The notes beneath the pieces are model-generated. The model was given only the letters and a program-made list of their open reading frames with translations. It ran no database searches and had not been told where the DNA came from. A program made the translations under genes and the position numbers. A stretch of DNA of 56,835 nucleotides, taken from positions 1-56,835 of the IMG/VR virus record IMGVR_UViG_3300029309_000046; one strand, given 5' to 3'. Positions 45,607-54,707 of this stretch are shown in pieces (within the stretch, counting starts at the first letter, position 1; every line of letters starts with the position of its first letter). This DNA is from a virus. Its lineage: Duplodnaviria > Caudoviricetes.

Positions 45607-45619
45607 GAAAAGGGGCACC

Positions 45620-47098
45620 ATGAATTTAGATCAATTAACAGATGAAGAACTAAAGGATTTAGTTTTAAAGAAGCAGTTAGAATATATTAAAATTTGCCAG
45701 GATGATTTCTTAGCTTTTGCTAAAGCAGTTTGGCCTGATTTCATTTATCGTAAAACAAAGGACCCAAAAAGATATGGGCACCATCAAATAATTGCAAAGT
45801 CATTTGAAAACATTGCAAACAATAAAGAAAAAAGATTGATTATCAACATGCCTCCTAGGCATACTAAATCAGAGTTTGCTTCATATTTATTTCCTGCGTG
45901 GATGATTGGCCGTAATCCTAAAATGAAATTGATGCAAGTTTCACATAACGCAGAACTTGCAACAAGGTTCGGTAGCAAAGTTAGAAACTTAATGGAAACC
46001 GAAGAATACAAAATGATTTTTGGAGATGTTAAACTAAGAGAAGATAGTAAAGCAAAAGGTAGGTGGGAAACCAATCACGGTGGTGAATACTTTGCAGCGG
46101 GTGTGGGCGGATCAATAACTGGTCGAGGGGCCGATTTGCTGATTATCGATGATCCACATACTGAACAAGACTCAATGTCAGACTCAGCGATGGATCGTGC
46201 ATACGAGTGGTACAGTTCAGGACCACGACAACGTTTACAACCAGGCGGAAGAATTGTAGTGGTTATGACTCGTTGGGCGACAGACGATCTAACCGGAAGA
46301 TTAGTGAAGGCTCAATCAGAACCAAAAGCAGATAAGTGGAGAGTAATTGAGTTCCCTGCAATCATGCCATCGGGTAAACCTGTTTGGCCTGAATATTGGA
46401 ATATAAAAGATTTAGAAGCGGTCAAAGCATCGGTGTCCACGAAAAATTGGAACGCACAGTATATGCAGGACCCAACGTCAGAGGAAGGTGCGATCATCAA
46501 AAGAGAATGGTGGAACAACTACGATAAAGAATACCTCCCTAAATTGCTACACGTCATACAAAGTTACGATACTGCATTCAGTGCAAAAGAATCTGCAGAT
46601 TACTCTGCAATTACAACATGGGGAATATTTCAACCTGTAGAAGGATATGAGGATCATATAATTTTATTAGATGCAATAAAGGGAAGATATGACTTTCCTG
46701 ATTTGAAGAATCTTGCTTTAGAGCAATATCATTATTGGGAACCTGAAACAGTTATCGTTGAGGCCAAAGCATCAGGGCAACCATTGATACATGAGCTAAG
46801 ACGAGCTGGTATCCCTGTTATAGATTTTGTCCCTGCAAAAGGAAGAGATAAGCATACTAGGATAAATAGCTGTGCACCGGTGTTTGAGTCTGGTATGGTT
46901 TGGGCTCCTACAGATGAAAAGTTTGCACAAGACGTTGTTGAAGAATGTGCTGCTTTTCCTAACGGACAATACGATGACTATGTTGATTCTATGACCCAAG
47001 CTGTGTTAAGATATCGACAAGGTGGATTTGTTACAACGTACTCGGACGATTGGGACGACCCGCCAATAAAATTTGAAAAAGAGTATAAATATTATTAG
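45620..47098 (+). CDS. terL: Terminase large subunit
   Basis: NMPPRHTKS Walker A, LLIIDDP Walker B, MTRW, SYDTA, DYSA, FPNG..DDYVDS nuclease. Confidence 0.95.
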   Translation: MNLDQLTDEELKDLVLKKQLEYIKICQDDFLAFAKAVWPDFIYRKTKDPKRYGHHQIIAKSFENIANNKEKRLIINMPPRHTKSEFASYLFPAWMIGRNPKMKLMQVSHNAELATRFGSKVRNLMETEEYKMIFGDVKLREDSKAKGRWETNHGGEYFAAGVGGSITGRGADLLIIDDPHTEQDSMSDSAMDRAYEWYSSGPRQRLQPGGRIVVVMTRWATDDLTGRLVKAQSEPKADKWRVIEFPAIMPSGKPVWPEYWNIKDLEAVKASVSTKNWNAQYMQDPTSEEGAIIKREWWNNYDKEYLPKLLHVIQSYDTAFSAKESADYSAITTWGIFQPVEGYEDHIILLDAIKGRYDFPDLKNLALEQYHYWEPETVIVEAKASGQPLIHELRRAGIPVIDFVPAKGRDKHTRINSCAPVFESGMVWAPTDEKFAQDVVEECAAFPNGQYDDYVDSMTQAVLRYRQGGFVTTYSDDWDDPPIKFEKEYKYY

Positions 47099-47106
47099 GA
47101 TTCAAT

Positions 47107-48357
47107 ATGGAAGAAGCTAAAGATTATAAAAAATATTTAAAAGGTTTAAAAAAAGCTACCTCTAGAAGACCGGAAAAAGTTAGTCTAAGAAAATTAATTG
47201 GTATTTCAGGTATGATTCCTGGCATGGGAATTCAAGGTACTTTACTTTCAAGAAAATCAAAAAAAAGAACAGGAGGAGCGATGCTCAAAAACCCAGGCAA
47301 AGCAGATTTAGATAAAGACGGAAAACTTTCCGGTTACGAAAAGAAAAGAGGAATGGCCATTGAAAAAGCTATGGGTGCTAAAAGAGGTAAGTTTGCAAAA
47401 AGAAAAAAATTGGGAAGACCTACACTGCCTGATCTAGAATTTGAATCTTATAATAAAATGAGAGACACGATGGATTCTCAAAGAAAACAAGAACAAAGAA
47501 GAAAAGAAATGGAAAAAGATAAACAAAAAATTTCTGAAAAGAAAAAAGGTATTGCAGTTAAATCTGGAGGTATGATGAAATACAATAAAGGTGGTGGTGC
47601 TGACACGGGCAAAGTTGGTGAAATGAGAAGTAAGCTCAGAGTAGCTATTGATAAAATAAAAAGAATTAATAAAAATTTTAAAGGAGCTATGTCATCAAGA
47701 GAAGGTAAACTTTTAAAAAGTATGCTCCCAGGTGGAGCAGCTTCAGTAGTAGGCTCAGAAATTGCAAAAAAAGTCAAAGCTAAAAAAATGGGTGGTGGCA
47801 TGATGAAAAAATACAATAAAGGTGGTGGTGCTGATACAGGCACAAAAGGTGAGCTTAAAAGTAAACTAGCTGTGGGCAGTGATAAAATGAAAAAAATAAA
47901 TGAATTTTTAAAAAGACAAAGAAAAAAACCAAAGCTTCAAGCTCCAGAAAGAGGACCAATGAAACCTTTAAAAGCTAAAGAAGGTAAAGCAGTGAAAAAC
48001 GATCCAAGAACTAGAGACGAAAGAGTTAAAAAAGCTTTTCCTAAGAAAAGCCCAAGAGGAAGAGGTGTCATATCTACTTTAGGTTCACAAAACCCAATGA
48101 AAAGAGATAGACTAATGGAAGGTGCAAAAGCAAGAAGAAGAAAAATGTTTACGGATGCTTTAAGAAAATTAGGAGCTGCTGGAAGATCATTAACTCCCGC
48201 AGGAGCTGCAGGTCCTATTGCTAAAAAAATAGGTGAAAAGATTTCTAAAAAAATGGGCGGTGGAATGATGATGAAACCTATGGGTTATAAATCAGGAACG
48301 TCTGTTATGGCTAGAGGTTGTAAACTTGGCAGAAAAAAAGCAACTAAAATAATGTAG
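47107..48357 (+). CDS. Very basic Lys/Met/Gly-rich repetitive protein
   Basis: Duplicated MMK(K)YNKGGGADTG block; DLDKDGKLSGYE EF-hand-like motif; many x-x-x-GG units. Confidence 0.7.
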   Translation: MEEAKDYKKYLKGLKKATSRRPEKVSLRKLIGISGMIPGMGIQGTLLSRKSKKRTGGAMLKNPGKADLDKDGKLSGYEKKRGMAIEKAMGAKRGKFAKRKKLGRPTLPDLEFESYNKMRDTMDSQRKQEQRRKEMEKDKQKISEKKKGIAVKSGGMMKYNKGGGADTGKVGEMRSKLRVAIDKIKRINKNFKGAMSSREGKLLKSMLPGGAASVVGSEIAKKVKAKKMGGGMMKKYNKGGGADTGTKGELKSKLAVGSDKMKKINEFLKRQRKKPKLQAPERGPMKPLKAKEGKAVKNDPRTRDERVKKAFPKKSPRGRGVISTLGSQNPMKRDRLMEGAKARRRKMFTDALRKLGAAGRSLTPAGAAGPIAKKIGEKISKKMGGGMMMKPMGYKSGTSVMARGCKLGRKKATKIM

Positions 48358-48397
48358 TTGATATTCAGCCATGACAAGGCTAAAAGGATAAAAATAT

Positions 48398-50728
48398 ATG
48401 GCTGTTGAAAAAAACGAAACTACTGTCGAAGAAGAATTAAAAGCTACAGATCCTGAGAACAACGAGGTTGAAGAGGAATTAGAAGTTTCTGTTGAAGGAG
48501 AAGAGCCCGAAGAAGAATTAAGACCTCAAGACGATTTCAATGCTAATCTTGCAGAGGCAATGGACGAGAGAACATTATCTCGTATGGCCAGTGAATTAGT
48601 TCAAGATTACAAAAAAGATAAAGAATCTAGAAAAGAATGGGAAGATGCTTACATAAAAGGTTTAGATCTTTTAGGTGTTAAGTACAGAGAAGTAAGTAGA
48701 CCATTTAAAGGAGCTTCCAATGTCACTCATCCGTTGTTAGCGGAAAGTGTTACACAATTCCAAGCTCAAGCATATAAAGAATTAGTACCTAGCGATGGCC
48801 CGGTTAGAACACAAATAGTAGGATTACAAACCCCGCCAATTGAACAACAAGCAGACAGAGTAAAGGATTACATGAACTACATGCTCATGGAAAAAATGGA
48901 GGAGTACACAACTGATATGGATCAGATGTTATTCTATTTACCATTGTCCGGTAGCACTTTTAAAAAAATCTATTACGATGAACTAATGCAAAGGCCTGTA
49001 TCTAAATTTATTCCAGCAGAAGATTTAGTGGTGCCATATTATGCGTCTGATCTTAAAGATACAGATAGAATTACTCACGTACAACGGCTAACGGAAAACG
49101 AAGTCGTAAAACAAATGGCGGCAGGATTTTATCGTGAGGTAGAATTAACAGGATCAGTAGATGACACAGATGAAGTTCAGAAAAAAATTAATGAACTTGA
49201 AGGTGTGAAAAAAGCAGGTAGTGATGATCTTCACACTATTTTAGAAATGCACGTTGATTTACATTTAGATGATTACGAAAAGTTTGATTCTCGTGCACAA
49301 AGTATAAAAATTCCCTACGTGGTCACCATTGACGAAGGCAGTGGTGAAATATTATCAATCTATAGAAACTATAGACCAGACGATCCAACATACAAACGTA
49401 TAGAATATTTCGTTCATTACAAATTTTTACCTGGTTTAGGTTTTTATGGCTTTGGCCTTACACATATGATTGGTGGTTTATCTCAAGCAGCTACACAATC
49501 ACTAAGACAATTAATTGATGCAGGTACTTTAAAAAATCTACCAGCAGGATTTAAGTCTAGAGGTATTAGAGTAAGAGATGATGACCAACCAATTCAGCCT
49601 GGAGAGTTTAGAGATGTAGATGCACCGGGCGGAAATATAAGAGAACAGTTTTTTAACTTACCATTTACTGAACCATCAACAACTTTATTTAACCTTTTAG
49701 GTTTTTTAGTACAAGCAGGACAAAAATTTGCAGCGATTACTGACAACAATATTGGAAATGATGCTCAAAACAGAGCAGTAGGCACAACTGTAGCCATGAT
49801 GGAGCGTGGTTCAAGGGTAATGAGTGGTGTTCACAAGCGTTGTTATTACGCAATGAAGATGGAATTTAAGATTTTAGCAAGAATTATGTCTGAATCGCTC
49901 CCACCGGAGTACCCATATGACGTTTATGGTGGTCCAAGATTTATAAAAGCGTTAGATTTTGATAATCGTGTTGATATTTTACCTGTTGCAGACCCAAATA
50001 TCATGAGTATGGCACAAAGAGTGATGCTTGCACAGACACAATTGCAAGTAGCAAGTTCAAATCCTGCAATTCATAACATTCATGAAGCATATAGACGTGT
50101 TTATGAGGCATTAGGGACAAAACAAATAGAAGCTCTGCTTAAACCAGCACCAAAACAACCTGAACCTATGGATCCTGCGAAAGAAAATGCACGTGCATTA
50201 CAAATGCAACTACTTACAGCGTTTGAATTTCAAGATCATGATGCACATATCGCTGCTCACATGGCATTTATGCAATCAAGAATGGTTCAAATTAATCCAT
50301 CAGTTTATGCGTTGTTACAATCACATATTTCTGATCACATTTCTTTTAAAGCGAAGATAGAAGTACAAGAACAATTGATGGGTGATCCAAATATGGCTGC
50401 GTTAGCACAACAGGACCCACAACAATTTCAAATTCAGTTTGATAAAGCAGTTGCAACTGCAGTTGCAGAGATAACTGAACAACTAGTTAGAGGCGAGATG
50501 CAAGCACAAGCTGGTAAACAAGATCCTTTAGTTAGATTAAAACAACAAGAAATAGATTTAAGAGCTATGGACTTACAAAGAAAAGCTGCAGAGACAAAAA
50601 TGAGAGCTGAAATGGATATGCAACAAGAAGCGTCTAAACTAGATTTTCAATATGATAAACTTGCGGAGCAGGCTGCACAATCAGACGAGAGATTAGAAGT
50701 AGCTAGAGAAAAACTTGCAAAAAAATAA
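48398..50728 (+). CDS. Portal protein
   Basis: 776 aa after terL; FNANLAE, SR.EW..Y..GL.LLG, HPLLAE...QFQA, GS.FKKIY, PGLGFYG.GL, PGEFRDVD. Confidence 0.9.
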   Translation: MAVEKNETTVEEELKATDPENNEVEEELEVSVEGEEPEEELRPQDDFNANLAEAMDERTLSRMASELVQDYKKDKESRKEWEDAYIKGLDLLGVKYREVSRPFKGASNVTHPLLAESVTQFQAQAYKELVPSDGPVRTQIVGLQTPPIEQQADRVKDYMNYMLMEKMEEYTTDMDQMLFYLPLSGSTFKKIYYDELMQRPVSKFIPAEDLVVPYYASDLKDTDRITHVQRLTENEVVKQMAAGFYREVELTGSVDDTDEVQKKINELEGVKKAGSDDLHTILEMHVDLHLDDYEKFDSRAQSIKIPYVVTIDEGSGEILSIYRNYRPDDPTYKRIEYFVHYKFLPGLGFYGFGLTHMIGGLSQAATQSLRQLIDAGTLKNLPAGFKSRGIRVRDDDQPIQPGEFRDVDAPGGNIREQFFNLPFTEPSTTLFNLLGFLVQAGQKFAAITDNNIGNDAQNRAVGTTVAMMERGSRVMSGVHKRCYYAMKMEFKILARIMSESLPPEYPYDVYGGPRFIKALDFDNRVDILPVADPNIMSMAQRVMLAQTQLQVASSNPAIHNIHEAYRRVYEALGTKQIEALLKPAPKQPEPMDPAKENARALQMQLLTAFEFQDHDAHIAAHMAFMQSRMVQINPSVYALLQSHISDHISFKAKIEVQEQLMGDPNMAALAQQDPQQFQIQFDKAVATAVAEITEQLVRGEMQAQAGKQDPLVRLKQQEIDLRAMDLQRKAAETKMRAEMDMQQEASKLDFQYDKLAEQAAQSDERLEVAREKLAKK

Positions 50729-51002
50729 AGATCCAAAAGTAGGAACAGGAAAAAAACCGAAAGGTTCAGGAAGAAGACTCTATACTGACGAGAATCCAAA
50801 AGACACAGTAAGAATAAAATTTGCAACACCAGCAGATGCAAGTGCAACGGTTGCAAAAGTAAAAAGAATTAACAAACCATTTGCTAGAAAGATACAGATC
50901 TTAACAGTAGGTGAACAACGTGCTAAAGTAATGGGTAAATTAAAAGTGGCATCAATATTTAAGGCAGGAAAAAATGCGATCAGAAAAACAAAAAAAACGT
51001 AA
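50715..51002 (+). CDS. Basic conserved hypothetical
   Basis: GTGKKPKGSGRRLYTDENPKDTV.IKFAT motif. Confidence 0.65.
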   Translation: MQKNKDPKVGTGKKPKGSGRRLYTDENPKDTVRIKFATPADASATVAKVKRINKPFARKIQILTVGEQRAKVMGKLKVASIFKAGKNAIRKTKKT

Positions 51003-51117
51003 GGGACTTAGTGGAGGAGTAAGATATGGACCGCCCCCTAAAAAAGGGCCTAACCCACAAGGAATAAAAGTAAGTGAACGAAAAAAACTCTTACGAAAAC
51101 TTGCCGGAAAAGTATAA
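50974..51117 (+). CDS. Small basic protein (47 aa)
   Basis: Manually read MRSEKQKKRKGLSGGVRYGPPPKKGPNPQGIK...; RBS AGGA. Confidence 0.55.
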   Translation: MRSEKQKKRKGLSGGVRYGPPPKKGPNPQGIKVSERKKLLRKLAGKV

Positions 51118-51415
51118 ATTAATTTTTCTTGCAGGACTGTTTGACGGCGAAGGAAGCTTCGGTATATGGGGCAAAGGGGATGGTAGAAAATCATTTCAAT
51201 GTTCTGTTGAAATGTGTGATCAAGATTCAGTACAAAAATTTGCAGAATTTTTTGGTGGAAGAGTAGTAAAACCTAGACTAAGAAAGAGTCATTGGACACA
51301 AACCTATAAATGGAAGCTATCGGGTGGTAGGGCTTACGAATGTATTGAGATGATGATAGAATATATGTGTTTACGAAGACAGGAGAAATACGCAAATGTG
51401 GTTTCAAGCAATTAA
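51074..51415 (+). CDS. Free-standing single-motif LAGLIDADG endonuclease-like protein
   Basis: IFLAGLFDGEGSF motif, V.M.D......FGG.V, Y.W.L. Confidence 0.8.
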   Translation: MNEKNSYENLPEKYKLIFLAGLFDGEGSFGIWGKGDGRKSFQCSVEMCDQDSVQKFAEFFGGRVVKPRLRKSHWTQTYKWKLSGGRAYECIEMMIEYMCLRRQEKYANVVSSN

Positions 51416-51776
51416 ATTAGCAGTATCTGCAGGAAGTAAGATATACGCTAACAAACAAAAAGCTAAAGTAGCGATGTCTGATGCACAATTGCTACATGCA
51501 GAACGTCAAGCCCGAGGTGAGGAAGCTTACCAGGGTAAATTATTAGAAGCTCGTCAATCAGATTACAAGGACGAGGCCGTTCTCATAATTCTCACGTTGC
51601 CCATATTGGTGCTTGCATATGGAGTTTTTTCAGATGACGTGCAAGCTATGGACAAGATAAAAGTTTTCTTTGAGCATTTCCAGTCGCTCCCGAGCTGGTT
51701 CACAAATTTGTGGATTCTTGTCGTAGCGAGCATTTATGGTATTAAGGGAACTCAAATATTTAAGGGTAAGAAATGA
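51396..51776 (+). CDS. Holin-like membrane protein
   Basis: DYKDE + TM (AVLIILTLPILVLAYGV), LPSWF, second TM LWILVVASIYGIKG. Confidence 0.6.
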   Translation: MWFQAIKLAVSAGSKIYANKQKAKVAMSDAQLLHAERQARGEEAYQGKLLEARQSDYKDEAVLIILTLPILVLAYGVFSDDVQAMDKIKVFFEHFQSLPSWFTNLWILVVASIYGIKGTQIFKGKK

Positions 51777-51928
51777 ATTTAATTAGAGACTTACAGAAAC
51801 AATTTAAAGAAAAAAGAATGAAAGATTCTGCAATAGCTCAACTTCGTAAAAGAAGTAAAGACTCAGTGGCTAGACCTAAAGCAGAAAAAAATATATTATC
51901 AACAGATAAAAGGATGCAACAGATATGA
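51773..51928 (+). CDS. Small basic protein (51 aa)
   Basis: Manually read MNLIRDLQKQFKEKRMKDSAIAQLRKRSK...; ATGA overlaps on both sides. Confidence 0.65.
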   Translation: MNLIRDLQKQFKEKRMKDSAIAQLRKRSKDSVARPKAEKNILSTDKRMQQI

Positions 51929-52629
51929 CAAAATTATGCCCAAGAGGAAAAGCTGCAGCAAAGCGTAAGTTTAAAGTTTACCCGTCTGCATATGCGAACG
52001 CATACGCTAGCAAAATTTGTGCTGGTAAAATAAAAGATCCATCAGGTGTAAAGAGAAAAGATTTTAGGGGACCAAAACCAAAAGGTGCAAGTGAAGGTGA
52101 GTTTATTAAAAAACCACAACCACCTTTGAGAAATAAAAAGAATATCAGAAGAGTTTTAAGTCCAAGAGAAATTGAATATCAAAAAAAGAAAAAAGCTTAT
52201 GATGTTTTAACAGGTAATGAAAATAGAAGACCAAGACCAAAAAGGATGAAAGTTGGTATGGCTGTTTCTGCCGGTTCACAATCAGGTATGGGTAGATTAC
52301 AGAAGTCAGGGTTGATGAAAGCTAAAAAAGGTAAAATGATGATTATGATTGCTGTGGGTAAACCTGAAAAAAAATCTAAAGGTGGTGATGCTAAAATAAA
52401 AAAAGTAATTAAGGGATTACATAAAGCATCAGCTCTTCATAAAGGACAAGCAAAATCTTTACAAACTGTTGTAAAAAAAGCAAATAAAGGTGCAATCATG
52501 AATGTTGCTAACAAATTAGAAAAAGCATCAAAAGCACATGCGGGTCAAGCTAAAATTTTAAAATCACTAAAACTATCAAGAGGTGGTGGTGCTGCAATTA
52601 GAGGAACAAATTTTAAAGGTGTTTTCTAA
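51925..52629 (+). CDS. Very basic modular protein
   Basis: KLCPRGKAAAKRKFKVYPSAYAN N-terminus; two KAS..H.GQAK repeats; C-terminus RGGGAAIRGTNFKGVF. Confidence 0.7.
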   Translation: MTKLCPRGKAAAKRKFKVYPSAYANAYASKICAGKIKDPSGVKRKDFRGPKPKGASEGEFIKKPQPPLRNKKNIRRVLSPREIEYQKKKKAYDVLTGNENRRPRPKRMKVGMAVSAGSQSGMGRLQKSGLMKAKKGKMMIMIAVGKPEKKSKGGDAKIKKVIKGLHKASALHKGQAKSLQTVVKKANKGAIMNVANKLEKASKAHAGQAKILKSLKLSRGGGAAIRGTNFKGVF

Positions 52630-52973
52630 TGTACAAGAGAGGCACTTGTTGGGAAGGTTATGTTCAAGCGGGCATGAAAAAGAAGGGGAGCAAAATGGTT
52701 CCCAACTGTGTTCCAGCAGGTTCCAAAAAAATGAAAGAAGGTGGACTAACTAAGTGGTTCAAAGAAAAATGGGTAGACATTGGAGCAAGAAAAAAAGGTG
52801 GCAAGTTTCAGGAGTGTGGAAGAAAATCTGCCAGTGGTTCAAAAAGGAAATATCCGAAGTGCGTACCACTTGCAAAAGCCACAGCGATGACAAAGTCGCA
52901 AAGGGCTTCTGCTGTTGCCAGAAAAAGAGCGGCTAGTAATACTGGCCCTAAACCAACAAACGTGAGGACATAA
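52629..52973 (+). CDS. Basic conserved hypothetical (DUF5872-like pattern)
   Basis: CWEGY...PNCVP and GLTKWFKEKWVDI...CGR...YPKCVP. Confidence 0.65.
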   Translation: MYKRGTCWEGYVQAGMKKKGSKMVPNCVPAGSKKMKEGGLTKWFKEKWVDIGARKKGGKFQECGRKSASGSKRKYPKCVPLAKATAMTKSQRASAVARKRAASNTGPKPTNVRT

Positions 52974-52974
52974 T

Positions 52975-53115
52975 ATGTGGATATGGAAGTGGATAAAAAA
53001 ATGGTTTACACCAAAAAAAGAAATTGTAATAGGTCAACCTGAGAATCCAAAGGTAGACTTAACAGGTCTTACTAAAGGTGATATAAAGAAATTAAAAGCA
53101 CAAGGAAAATTATAA
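52975..53115 (+). CDS. Small hypothetical (46 aa)
   Basis: Manually read MWIWKWIKKWFTPKK...LTKGDIKKLKAQGKL; RBS GAGG; TAATG coupling. Confidence 0.6.
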   Translation: MWIWKWIKKWFTPKKEIVIGQPENPKVDLTGLTKGDIKKLKAQGKL

Positions 53116-53435
53116 TGAGTGAAATGTTTTACGCAGAATCTGAGGATAGTAAAAAAAAGTTTGCTGATCAAAGAAAAAAAAGAAAAAAATTAAAAGAAGG
53201 TGTTGATAAAATTATTAAAGATATTTACTCAAAGAAAAAACCTAAAAAGAAATACGAGCGTTTACCTCAAACAAGAAATAAACAACAACCATCAAGATCT
53301 ATGACTATTGACACTACTACTAGTGCTTATGGAGACTCTGCTAAAGGAAGACCTGTTCCAAAGTTGAAAGAAGGTGGTATGTGTAGAGGTGCAGGAGCAG
53401 CTATAAAAGGCACTAAATTTCAAGGTGTTTTTTAA
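53115..53435 (+). CDS. Basic protein with C-terminal RGAGAAIKGTKFQGVF
   Basis: C-terminus homologous to that of 51925-52629. Confidence 0.65.
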   Translation: MSEMFYAESEDSKKKFADQRKKRKKLKEGVDKIIKDIYSKKKPKKKYERLPQTRNKQQPSRSMTIDTTTSAYGDSAKGRPVPKLKEGGMCRGAGAAIKGTKFQGVF

Positions 53436-53470
53436 TTGCATCTAAATACTTATTAATATAAAAAACCTCT

Positions 53471-54070
53471 ATGATCCGTGGAGATAGCTCCGAATATGAA
53501 TTATTAAAAAAATGGTGCGAAACATTACCCTTTTTTGAAAAACCAAAATTAGTTACGACTTGTGAAGTTGGTGTGCGTGAGGGTTTAGGTTCACAAATAA
53601 TAATGATGAGTTTAGTCCCTAGACTTGGTAAAGTAGAATATCAACATTATGCAATAGATCCCTATGGAGATTTAGAATACAAACACTTTGATAATCATCC
53701 TCAATGGAAAAGGGATGGCAAATGGAGTTCCGAGGCCCCTAAATATTCTAATGAAATGAGAGATCAAATGATAAAAGATTTTGCAGGCAATCCACATTAC
53801 AAATTCTATAATATGACTGATATTGAATATATGGATATATTCAATTTAAGCAAAACCATATATGATTTAGTATTTCTAGATGGTCCACACACAACAAAAG
53901 ATATTTTAAGAGAGGCTTTATGGTTTGCAGAAAGATCAAGAAAAGGAACAAGAATAATTATTGATGATTATAATTTATGTAATTTTGAAGTTATAAGAGC
54001 AGCTATTTCTTACTGGGATTTTAAAATTAATGAAAAAGGCAAACATAAAGTTTGTTTAGAAAAAATATAA
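53471..54070 (+). CDS. Class I SAM-dependent methyltransferase (Methyltransf_24-like)
   Basis: CEVGVREGLGS, AIDPY, LVFLDGPH, IIIDD. Confidence 0.8.
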   Translation: MIRGDSSEYELLKKWCETLPFFEKPKLVTTCEVGVREGLGSQIIMMSLVPRLGKVEYQHYAIDPYGDLEYKHFDNHPQWKRDGKWSSEAPKYSNEMRDQMIKDFAGNPHYKFYNMTDIEYMDIFNLSKTIYDLVFLDGPHTTKDILREALWFAERSRKGTRIIIDDYNLCNFEVIRAAISYWDFKINEKGKHKVCLEKI

Positions 54071-54285
54071 TGGATATAGATACAATTTCATTTATACAAA
54101 GAAGGTTAAAGAAAAGAATTGATCAATTAAAAGATCAGGCCTTCTACGGAGTTGACACTATGGAAAAACTGCAATATGCTAGAGGCCAAATCAGATCACT
54201 AGAGGATCTGCAACAGGATCTTAAAGACCTGCTGTTAACAACGGAGTATGAAGATGAAGTCCACGGAAGTACCGAAGAGGACTGA
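54070..54285 (+). CDS. Conserved phage hypothetical
   Basis: GVDTMEKLQYARGQIRSLE motif; TAATG coupling. Confidence 0.65.
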   Translation: MDIDTISFIQRRLKKRIDQLKDQAFYGVDTMEKLQYARGQIRSLEDLQQDLKDLLLTTEYEDEVHGSTEED

Positions 54286-54697
54286 GGCACTTTTGAACGC
54301 GTATAAAAACGAGGAAGAAGTGAAAACAGTTCTAGATCCAAAAGCGATCGAACAATCAACATTAGATAAATTACCAAGTCCTACAGGTTATAGACTTTTA
54401 GTCTTGCCTTATGCTGGTCCTAAAAAAACCAAAGGCGGTATTTACTTATCTGATACAACACAAGAAACAATACAGATGACTACAGTTTGTGGTCTTGTGC
54501 TAAAAATGGGAGATCTTTGTTATCACGATAAAGATAAATTTCCAAAAGGACCATGGTGTAAACTAAATGAGTGGATAATATTTAGTAGATACGCTGGTTC
54601 AAGATTCAAAATAGATGGTGGTGAAGTAAGAGTGTTGAATGACGATGAAGTTATTTCAACTATTTCTAATCCAGCAGATATTTTGCACCATTATTAA
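54248..54697 (+). CDS. groES: GroES-like co-chaperonin
   Basis: PTGYRLLVLP, KTKGGIYL, VLKMG, RYAG, RVLNDDEV. Confidence 0.85.
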   Translation: MKMKSTEVPKRTEALLNAYKNEEEVKTVLDPKAIEQSTLDKLPSPTGYRLLVLPYAGPKKTKGGIYLSDTTQETIQMTTVCGLVLKMGDLCYHDKDKFPKGPWCKLNEWIIFSRYAGSRFKIDGGEVRVLNDDEVISTISNPADILHHY

Positions 54698-54707
54698 GGA
54701 GGAATAA

